Shown piece after piece: positions 39,972 through 49,667 of a stretch of DNA of 64,000 nt. Under the pieces are notes generated by a model. The model saw nothing but the letters and a program-made list of their open reading frames with translations, was not told where the DNA came from and searched no databases. This stretch comes from Mobula hypostoma (taxonomy: Eukaryota): assembly GCF_963921235.1 (NCBI RefSeq), contig NC_086097.1, positions 81,904,001 through 81,968,000 on the forward strand. Direction: 5' to 3'. Numbering within the stretch: position 1 is the first letter of the stretch; every line of letters starts with the position of its first letter. A program made the translations under genes and the position numbers.

Positions 39972-41548
39972 ATACAAAGTAAACTTATTATGAAAGTACG
40001 TGCATGTCACCCTGAGATTCACTTTCTTGCAGGCATTCACAGATAATGCAAGAAGCACAATAGAATCAATGAAAGACTGCACCCAACCAAATGGACAAAC
40101 AACCAATGTGCAAAAGACAATTGTGCAAATACAAAAAGAAAGAACAAATAATTATTAATAACAATAATAACATATTGTCCCAATAGTAATATCTACAACA
40201 GGTGTCATCCCAAAGTCACTACACAATAGCATTAAACAATTAGGGCTACACAGTAAGATCTATGTAAGTCTCCAGAAAGCCACAATGCTAAACACCACTA
40301 GAATAGTCTGAAAGTTCCTAGCAATTGACAAATGAGCATACTTGGCTATACCCATATCTCAGGTCTTACCAGCTTGAGCTGAGAAAAAATAAATAAAAAT
40401 AATAATAATAATAATAAATAAATAATAAATATCAAGAACATGAGATAAAGAGTCCTTGAAAGTGAGTCCATAGACTATGGAACAGTTCAGTGATGGGGTA
40501 AGAGAAGTTGAGTGAAGTTATCTTCTCTGGTTCAAGAGCCTGATGGGTGAGGGGTAATAACTGTTCCTGAACCTGGTGGTGTGGGTCCTGAGGCTCCTGT
40601 ACCTCCTTCCTGACTGCAGCAGCGAGAAGAGAACATGGCCTGGATGGTGGAGGTCCTTGAAAATGGATGCTGCTTTCCTGTAACAGTGCTCCATGTAGAT
40701 GTGCTCAGTGGTGGGGAAGGCTTTGCATGTGTTGGACTGGGCTGTATCTACTACTTCTGCAAGATTTTTCATTCAAGGGCATTGGTGTTTCCAAACCAGG
40801 TTGTGATACAACCAGCCAATATACTCTCCACCGCACATCTACAGAAGTTTGTCAAAATGTTAAAGGGCATGCTGAATCTTCGCAAACGTCTAAGAAAATT
40901 GAGGTGTTACCATGCTCTCTTTGTAATGGCATTTATGTGCTGGATCCTCAGAAATGATTACACAGAGGAATTTAAAGTTGCTGACCCTCTCCACCTCTGA
41001 TTTCCTGATGAGGTCTGCCTCATGAACCTCCAGTTTCCTCCTCCTGAAGTCAATAACCAGTTCCTTGTTCTTGATGGTATTGAGTAAGAGATAGTTGTTG
41101 TGGCAGCATTCAACCAGAATTTCAATCTGAGTCATCACCACCTTTGATTCAGCCTTCGACAGTGGTGTCCTCAGCAAACAAATATGGCTTGGGAGCTGTG
41201 CTTAACCTCACATTCATAAGGTTAAAGCGAGTGGAGCAGGTGGCTGAGCACACAGCCTTGTGGTGCACCTGTGCTGATGGAGATTGTGGAGATGTTGTTG
41301 CCAATCCAAACTGACTGGGGTGTGCAAGCAAAAAAATGGAAGATCCAGGTGCACAAGGAGGTATTGAGCTCTTGGAGCTTGATTAGTTTTGAGGGGACGA
41401 TAGTATTGAATGATGAGCTTTAGACAATGAAGAGCATGCTGATGTAGGCAGCTTCACTGTCCAGATGTTCCAGTGTTGAGTGGAGAGCCAGTGAAATGGC
41501 ATCTCTTGTTGACCTACTGTGACAGTCGGCAAATTGGAATGGATCCCC
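39972..41548 (-). mobile_element. Old Rex1/Babar-type LINE
   Basis: DPFQFAD..DAISLALHSTLEHLD..MLFI; KELVIDFRR; LLQSGRRYRSLRTHTTRFRNSYYP. Confidence 0.85.
40171..40400 (+). mobile_element. R4/Dong-like RLE retrotransposon 3' fragment in a (TAA)n tract
   Basis: HIVPIVISTTGVIPKSLHNSIKQLGLHSKIYVSLQKATMLNTTRIV*KFLAI; TAA repeats on both sides. Confidence 0.75.
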
Positions 41549-41554
41549 CCCAGA

Positions 41555-41780
41555 TTCTAACACTAACATATACATCAAGCACAATTTGTACTGGCCAGTT
41601 AAAATTGACCTACCAACCTGCACATCTTTGGGTTGTGGGAAGAAGTCAGAACACCTGGAAGAAATACACACCATCACAGGGAGAATGTGCACACTCCAAA
41701 GAGACAGCACCAGAGATCTGGATTGATAAAGGTTCTTTAGAACTAACAAGCTGCAGCTCCACTAGCTCAGCACTGTGCCG
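41555..41780 (-). mobile_element. V-SINE
   Basis: ATCTTTGGGTTGTGGGAAGAAGTCAGAACACCTGGAAGAAA motif shared with other V-SINE copies here. Confidence 0.7.
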
Positions 41781-42297
41781 ATCTGATTGATTTTCATCAA
41801 TAATAGCACTCCTCACACACATTATCTCTCCTTTCCTTTATATCGTATATGCTTATATTCCTTATATGCTCTCCACGATATCCTGTCATCAGTTTCCATT
41901 CCTGTTCAAAATCAGCACACAGTTATAATGACCAGATAATAAATTCACACAGCAAATCTTTGTTGATTGTTTGGCTTTGATTCCACTATCGCTTCTTGCA
42001 TTCCTCTGTTGCCATTCATCCCTCCTAGTGTTCTGTCCACCACTTTGCTTCCCTCCACTGCTATGTCGAGATACTTGCCATCCCTGTCAACCTTGCACAG
42101 GGGAAATGCATCCATACTGCAAGCTGACCATAAGCCAGAACTGTTCGCAGCGCCACTGCACAACTTTCCTTCCCATTCATATGCACTTTATTCCTACTTG
42201 TACTCACCTGGGCCTGGGATAAATCAGCATTGCAGAAATATTCAATTTTCGTCCCACACCACCAGTAAAAATGTGCCAAACAACTAGCCTTCAAGGT

Positions 42298-43249
42298 CCT
42301 TAGGGATCGCTCCCTACGCGACTCCCTTGTCCATTTGTCCCCCCCATCCCTCCCCACTGATCTCCCTCCTGGCACTTATCCTTGTAAGCGGAACAAGTGC
42401 TACACATGCCCTTACACTTCCTCCCTTACCACCATTCAGGGCCCCAGACAGTCCTTCCAGGTGAGGCGACACTTCACCTGTGAGTCGGCTGGGGTGATAT
42501 ACTGCATCCGGTGCTCCCGATGTGTCCTTCTATATATTGGCGAGACCCGACGCAGACTGGGAGATCGTTTCGCTGAACACCTACGCTCTGTCCGCCAGAG
42601 AAAGCAGGATCTCCCGTGCCCACACATTTTAATTCCACATCCCATTCCCATTCTGATATGTCCATCCATGGCCTCCTCTACTGTCGAGATGAAGCCACAC
42701 TCAGGTTGGAGGAACAACACCTTATATTCCATCTGGGTAGCCTCCAATCTGATGGCATTAACACTGACTTCTCTAACTTCTGTTAATGCCCCTCCTCCCC
42801 TTCGTACTCCATCCCTTATTTACTTATTTGTTTATTTATTTATTTATCCCCCCCCACCCACCTTTTCTCTCTCTTTTTTCTCCCTCTCACTGTAACTCCT
42901 TGCCTGCGCTCCATCTTCCTCTGGGCTCCCCTCCCCTTTTCTTTCTCCCTAGGCCTCCCATCCCATGATCCTCTCCCTTCTCCCGCCTCGTATCCCTTTT
43001 GCCAATCAACTGTCCCGCTCTTGGCTCCATCCCTCCCCCTCCCGTCTTCTCCTATCATTTCGGATCTCCCCCTCCCCCTCTCACTTTCAAATCCCTTACT
43101 ATTTCTTCTTTCAGTTAGTCCTGACGAAGGGTCTCAGCCCGAAACGTCGACTGTACCTCTTCCAATAGATGCTGTCTGGCCTGCTGCGTTCCACCAGCAT
43201 TTTGGGTGTGTTACTTGAATTTCCAGCATCTGCAGAATTCCTCATGTTG
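42298..43249 (+). mobile_element. Penelope-like element 3' part (Cys-linker, GIY-YIG endonuclease, pLTR)
   Basis: CKRNKCYTCP..HFTCES..VIYCIRCSRC..LYIGET.RRL..RF.EH; 11-bp TSD GCCTTCAAGGT (42287-42297, 43250-43260). Confidence 0.92.
43117..43152 (+). ncRNA. Minimal type-I hammerhead ribozyme (Penelope pLTR)
   Basis: AGTC-CTGACGA-AGGGTCTCAGCCC-GAAA-CGTC-GACT: core boxes, stem I AGTC/GACT, palindromic ACGT stem III, GUC cleavage triplet. Confidence 0.8.
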
Positions 43250-43763
43250 GCCTTCAAGGTAATTGAGTTTTGAACTATAAAAAAAGTCCTACAAGTCTCA
43301 AAGGGGTGCTTCATTTTGTGCCAAATGCTCTATTTGTAAAAGAACATAAATTCCAATGACTAAGAAATGAAGAATGAGGCAAGACAGGAGAAAGTGATCT
43401 GTGTGTAGTGCAGTCCAATAATTATTAGAGTTGTTGAGCAGATGTACTGTAGAGAGATCTGTCCCCTGAATGTCCTCCAAGATTCAGAAGGTTCTTGGGA
43501 GAGATTCCTCCAATATGCATGGAGATGGTTCTTTCCTACATTTTATACATGTTGCTCAAAATTTCCCGCACCTGCAGAATCTCTTTTGTTTATTACTGCG
43601 AATTAATACATTTTAAAGTGTATGCATTATAAGTACAAGTTACTATAAGCAGTGCTGAGGTCACGGTCTTGGAAAAGTTTAGCTCCAAACTCTTTGCCTA
43701 AATAGCCAACACCTCAGGTAAGTATGAAGCATGAAGTCTTTGAATGGGACTTCCTGCAGTGTG

Positions 43764-43798
43764 CACTGCCCCCTGCTGACTCTGAAAATATATTGCAG
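43764..43798 (-). promoter_or_regulatory. Candidate CTCF site (core plus upstream motif)
   Basis: Minus strand: CTGCAATATA-TTTTCA-GAGTCAGCAGGGGGCAGTG, in non-repeat DNA. Confidence 0.5.
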
Positions 43799-44074
43799 GT
43801 TCTTGCTCAAATTTCTAGCACCTCGTCTAATCCAAAAATTTTTCAGCACCATTAAAGAAAGCTAAGGGATTGGAAAATGCCAATGACCATGCAAAAGGAA
43901 ACGAAGGGATTGACGTAGATACAGGGGGCTAATTTGAGCTTGGGATAGTCAGGGGAATGGGATGTGTGAACAACTGCGCCATAGATCTATGTGCTTATCA
44001 CCTCACCCACTCTTCTCACTTTATATTTTTGGCTGTGCCACTGTGTCAGTTCCAATATCATACGTTTGCTGGCA

Positions 44075-45190
44075 ACACCTGAGCTATAGGGAAAGGTTGA
44101 GTACGCTAGGAGTTTATGTAAGAGAACAGAGGAGATTTGATGAACGTAAACAAAATTATGAGGGGTACAAAATGGGTAAATGCAAGCAGGCATTTTCTAC
44201 TGACATTGGGTAAGACAAGAACTAGAGGCCATTAGATTATGAGGACACTCAGTCCTTGTTTATTGTCATTTAGAAATGCATGCATTAAAAAATGATACAA
44301 CGTTCCTCCAGAAAGATATCACAGAAACACCGGACAAACCAAGACTAGAACTGACAAAACCACCTAACTATAACATATAGTTACAACAGTGCAAAGCAAT
44401 ACTGTAATTTGATAAAGAGCAGACCATGGGCACAGTAAAAAAAAGTCTCAAGTCCTGATAGCCCCATCATCTCAGACGGTAGAAAGGAGAAACTCTCCCT
44501 GCCATGAACCTCCAAGGGCCGCCAACTTGCCGATGCAGCACCACTGGAAGCACCCGACCGCAGCAGACTCTTGAGTCCATCCGAAAACTTCGAGCCTCCG
44601 ACCAGCCCCTCCGACACAGCCTCTCCGAGCACCATCCTCTGCCGAGCGCTTCGACCCCGCCCCGGCCGCCGAGCAACAAACAAAGCCGAGGACTCGGGGC
44701 ATTCCCCTCCGGAGATTCTGGATCACACAGTAGCAGCAGCAGCGAAGCAGGCATATCAGAAATTTCACCAGATGTTCCTCCGTGCTCTCGCGTCTGTCTC
44801 CATCAAATCATGATTGTGCACGGCACCCTACTTGACAGATAACAGATATCACCACTGGAGTGGCCGCTGCGAACTGCATCGCGCCGCCATCTTCTCCTTC
44901 CTCCATTATGGGTAAAGGGTGAAAAGTGAAATGTTAAAGGGGAACATGAGAGGGAATTTTTTCACTCTGAGGGTGGTGAGAGTGTGAAAAAAAACTGCCA
45001 TTGGAAGAGGTGGATGTGGGTTCCATTTTAACATTTAGGAGAAATTTGGATAGGTACATGAATGGGAGGGGTATGGAGGAATGTGGTTGAGGTGCAGGTT
45101 GATGGGACTAGGGAGATTAATAGTTCAACATGGACTAGATGGGCCAAAGGGCTTGTTTCTGTGCTGTCATGTTTTATGATTTTATGACTT
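44075..45190 (+). mobile_element. Old CR1 3' fragment split by retroelement copy 3
   Basis: LSYRERLSTLG..; ACTAGAGGCCAT|..|GGGTAAAGGGT host continuity; (TTTATGA)n tail. Confidence 0.75.
44232..44904 (-). mobile_element. Non-autonomous ~0.65-kb retroelement, copy 3
   Basis: Collinear with 2009-2690; ends GCCGCCATCTTCTCCTTCCTCC on +. Confidence 0.8.
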
Positions 45191-45953
45191 TTATTTTACT
45201 GTCAACTAATAAATCATTAAATTTATTAAAAGGCTGAATCAAAGGTGGTGACAAATCAACATGTAGGAGGGAGATTGAAAGTCTGGTTGAATTGTGCTAT
45301 AACAACTGCCTCTCACTCAACGCCAGCAAAACCAGAGAGCTGATTATCAACCACAGGAGGAAGAACTCGGAGGTCATGAATTTATATTCATTAGGGGAAT
45401 GGAGCTGGGGAGGGTCACTAGCTTTAAATTTCTTTGTATTAACATATTAAAGGATCTGTCCTGGGACCAGTGCATACATATCATCACAAGGAAGGCTCAG
45501 CAGCTATGAAAAGCCCAGTAAATGGCAGAATTCATGGTTTAAAAAACGGTAGATACTGGGCTAGAATAATCATGAAAAAAGAGCAGAAATGGCTGGCTAT
45601 ATCAGAAAGATTTATGCATTTGATTCCACAACAGATAACTGGATTTTGTGTACTGAGCAAATTGAACAGTATTTTGAAGCAAATAAAATAGCCAATGAGA
45701 AGTGAGTACCAATTTTTAGGGTGCATTGGATTTAAAAACATATAGTTTGGTTCAAAGTTTAACAGCTCCACCCAAACCAGCTGAAATGAGCTTTGCTGAT
45801 ATCATAAAAGTAATGCAGGTACACAGAACAGAAACTACCGTTGATTGCAAAACGCTTTAGGTTTCATAAGCAGAATCAAAGGGGTGTCCATTTCAGCATA
45901 CATGGCTGAACTGAAGAAGTTGTCTGAGCATGGTCAGTTTAGTGATGGACTTA

Positions 45954-47054
45954 GTATTTAATCAGTAAACTCCAAGACCTGGTCCTCAATACTCCCTTGT
46001 GCAATTGGATCCTGGATTTCCTCACTTGTAGGCCCCAGTCAGTTTGGATTGGCAAAAACAACTCCTCCACAATCTCTATCAGCCCAGGTGCACCACAGGG
46101 ATGTGTACTAAGCCCCCTGCCCTAGTCACTTTACATCTATGACTGTGTGGTATGTACAGCTCCAACACCATATACGATTTTCCCATGACACCACTGTTGT
46201 GGGCTGTATCAAAGGTGCTGTTGAATCAGCGTACAGGAGGGAGATTTAAAAACTTGGCTGAGTGGTGTAATAACAACTCACTCAATGTCAGTAAGACATT
46301 GTAGACTTCAGGAGAGGGAAGCCCGAGGACCATGAGTCAGTAATCATCAGAGGATCGGACGTGGAGAGGGTCAGTAACTTTAAATTCCAGGGTGTCACTC
46401 TCTCAGGATTTCCTGGACCCATCTTATAAATATAATTAAGGATAAAGCAAGACAGTACCTCTATTTCCTCAGGTGTCTGCAGAGATTCAGCATGTCATCA
46501 AAAACCTTTGGCAAACTTCTATAGAAGTATGGTGGAAAGTGTGCTGTTTGGCTACATTACGACCTGGTATAGGAACATCAATGCTTTTGAGTGGAAAATC
46601 CTACAAAAGGTAGTGGATCCAGCCCAGTACATCATGGGTAAAGCCCTCCCAGCCATTGAGCACATCTATATGAAATGTTGCCGTGGAAAAGCAGTATCCA
46701 ACATCAAAGATCCCCACCACCCAGGCCATGCTCTTTTCTAGCTGCTGACATCAGATAGAAGGTACAAGAGCCTCAGGACTTGCACTACCAGGTAAAAGAA
46801 CAGTTACTACCTCTCAACCATCAGGCTCTTAAACAAAGAGCTACACTAATTTAAGAACTCTGTTATATTATTACTTCATGCTTGTTATTTATTGCTATTT
46901 ATTTATATCTGCATTTGCACGGTTTGTTTACAGTTCCTGATGTTTACAGTTACTGTTCTATAGATTTCCTAAGTCTGCCCGCAGAAAAAAGAACCTCAGG
47001 GTTGTATGTGGTGACATGTAAGTACTCTGATAATAAATTTTGCTTTGAACTTTG
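45954..47054 (+). mobile_element. Rex1/Babar-type LINE inserted in Gypsy gag
   Basis: [11 protein letters not shown] at ~46087; NFYRSMVESVL..IKDPHHPGHALF; (ACTTTG)n tail. Confidence 0.85.
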
Positions 47055-47293
47055 AATAATGGATTGAGAGATTGTTTAGTTCATGGAATCATACAAGAAA
47101 GCATTCAAGTACAGCTCCTAACTGATGCACAATTCAAAGATACTAAACTGAAGCCTGCTGTTTTCCAACTAAGAATTTATTCTGGAGAAAAGATAACTCA
47201 AGATGGGAATGACATTTGTTACAGTGAAATACAGCAGCCAACAAGCCACATTAGGCTTGTGTGTGGTAAAAACAGGAGGGCCAGCATTTGTTG

Positions 47294-48370
47294 TAGTGGT
47301 ATCGTAGTAGTAGTCATAGTTTAATGATCCCGGCGGAAATTGGTTTTCGTTACAGTTGCACCATGAATAATAAATAGTAATAGAACCATAAATAGTTAAA
47401 TAGTAATATGTAAGTTATGTCAGTAAATTATGAAATAAGTCCAGGACCAGCCTATTGGCTCAGGGTGTCTGACCCTCCAAGGGAGTAGTTGTAAAGTTTG
47501 ATGGCCACAGGCAGGAATGACTTCCTATAACGCTCTGTGCTGCATCTCGATGGAATGAGTCTCTGGCTGAATGTACTCCTGTGCCCACCCAGTACATTAT
47601 GTAGTGGATGGGAGACATCGTCCAAGATAGCATGCAACTTGGACAGCATCCTCTTTTCAGACACCACCGTCAGAGAGTCCAGTTCCATCCCCACAACATC
47701 ACTGGCCTTACGAATGAGTTTGTTGATTCTGTTGGTGTCTGCTACCCACAGCCTGCTGCCCCAGCACACAACAACAAACATGATAGCACTGTCCACCACA
47801 GACTCGTAGAACATCCTCAGCATCGTCCGGCAGATGTTAAAGGACCTCAGTCTCCTCAGGAAATAGAGACGGCTCTGACCCTTCTTGTAGACAGTCTCAG
47901 TGTTCTTTGACCAGTCCAGTTTATTGTCAATTCGCATCCCCAGGTATTTGTAATCCTCCACCATGTCCACACTGACCCCCTGGATGGAAACAGGGGTCAC
48001 CAGTACCTTAGCTCTCCTCAGGTCTACCATCAGCTCCTTAGTTTTTTTCACATTAAGCTGCAGATAATTCTGCTCACACCATGTGAAAAAGTTTCCTACC
48101 ATAGCCCTGTATTCAGCCTCATCTCCCTTGCTGATGCATCCAACTATGGCAGAGTCATCCAAAAACTTCTGAAGATGACAAGACTCTGTGCAGTAGTTGA
48201 AGTCCGAGGTGTAAGTGGTGAAGAGAAAGGGAGACAAGGCAGTCCCCTATGGAGCCCCAGTGCTGCTGATCACTCTGTCGGACACACAGTGTTGCAAGCA
48301 CACGTACTGTGGTCTGCCAGTCAGGTAATCAAGAATCCATGATACCAGGGAAGCATCCACCTGCATAGAC
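47294..48370 (-). mobile_element. Young Rex1-type LINE inserted in the Gypsy protease region
   Basis: 261-aa ORF SPFLFTTYT..QKFLDDSAIVG..KGQSRLYFLRRL..SFLPVAIKLYN. Confidence 0.9.
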
Positions 48371-48545
48371 TTGGGAGATTGATTGGCCGAGACAACTGCA
48401 ACCTGATTGGAGATCCATCCACAATTTGCATGCCACATCTCCTCCAATAGTGTCAACTGAAAGCAAATTAAGAAAGGTACTGGATGATGCCTCAACTGTC
48501 TTCATGCTGTGCAACATGAACCGTTGCCCAACAGAGGGCAAGCAG

Positions 48546-49098
48546 GTGCTGATGCCAACCTCTGTGCCTCTGGTTGGAAAGCGTATTGGATCAAGGAAAG
48601 ACCATGCTGCTCAGAGGAAGTACGAAAGTCGTGAAAGCTGTCATCTGACTACAACAGTTTTTGCAAGCAACATATCAGAGAAAGCTCCTGGTAGATTAAT
48701 CAAGCAGTTGCTTGCAAAATAAGGCTTCGTTTTAAAGTGGAAGAGAGTTCAAGGAGCTTCAGGAAAGTTGCAAGCATTTGGCTTTTGTGAACCCGAATCT
48801 GCTCTGTTTACATTAAGGTTAATGCATGAACTTCAAGTGGGATCAAAAAGCTGCTTGAAAAAGTAAATGCAAAGACTAAAGCCCAGTTGGATAAATGGAA
48901 GACCAAAAAGGAGCCAAGGGAGATATGAAAACAGAGGATTCATCAGATGATATTGTGGATGCAGAAAGCAAGAGGACAGATCAGATCATAAAGGGAACAA
49001 TAGAAGGATTAATAAGAGAATACTCCAGTGAACTACATGCACATTCCCAAGATCAAGTTGCACAAACTAAAAGGTAAGAAAAGGAAGGAGAAGAAAGG
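48546..49098 (+). pseudogene. RBM25: Processed (intron-less) RBM25 fragment, RRM region
   Basis: VLMPTSVPLVGKRIGSRKDH..TTTVFASNISEKAPGRLIKQLLAK*GFVLKWKRVQGASGKLQAFGFCEPES..LRLMHELQVG/KLLEKVNAKTKAQLDKWK/..DQIIKGTIEGLIREYSSEL..KKRKEKK, matching RBM25 as recalled; stop at 48720-48722, an apparent 3-codon deletion and frameshifts. Confidence 0.93.
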
Positions 49099-49431
49099 TG
49101 TCCAGATCTTTCAGAACCACTTCCTGCCACCTGAGAGAACTCCTACAACCACCATGGAGAAGATCCAGATCCTGATACTTCACAGTGTCCTGTATCTTCA
49201 CAGCTACAGTTCTCACCTGCCATGCACAGTGATCTCCCTTGTCAGGAAAGACACTATCCCACAATGGTAAGAATATCTCCACAGCAATGAAATCTTCAGG
49301 TCCGAATGGGGCAATTTAAAAATTTGCTATGCTGTGGATGTCTGTATAGTAGTTGTACCATATTGCATACTATGTATATAGCTTAGCTGCATTCTATATA
49401 GAGTTAGAACGTATAGCTAAGCAGGGAGGAG

Positions 49432-49667
49432 TGCTGTGTATTTAATGCATCAGTAACATTTGAGTAATATTGTAAATATATTGTTTGATTAAGGAGTCTT
49501 GTTTATTTAGTTAATTCATTATGGGTTATGTGTAAAATACATGAATTGCTGATGTCATCATGCTATCATGTGATCAGAACCCACCTCGCTTAAAGTTAGA
49601 CTCACATTTTGGACTCTAGTCTTTTCCTTTAAATTAGCTTAATGTTTTGGAGTTACAAAATATAACA
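49432..49667 (+). mobile_element. 3' LTR of the RBM25-carrying Gypsy element
   Basis: TG..CA, immediately after the polypurine tract; homologous to solo LTR 37725-37972. Confidence 0.9.

Larger units (their letters stand above)
45520..49667 (+). mobile_element. Decayed Gypsy (Mag-like) LTR retrotransposon carrying a captured RBM25 segment; 5' LTR absent
   Basis: gag from 45589 (MAGYIRKIYAFDSTTDNW..EQYFEAN; RFRFHKQNQ; MAELKKLSEH); 47055-47293 (LRDCLVHGI..LLT; LRIYSGEKI); 48371-48504 (DWPRQLQPDW..VF); 49099-49300 integrase tail (ERHYPTMVRISPQQ); PPT AAGCAGGGAGGAG; LTR. Confidence 0.85.

Noticed and set aside
48546..49098. Functional RBM25 gene or exon
   Set aside because: In-frame stop, deletion in the RRM, frameshifts, no introns, and embedded in a Gypsy element. 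The AG|GTAAG at ~49073 falls inside the lysine-rich coding match.
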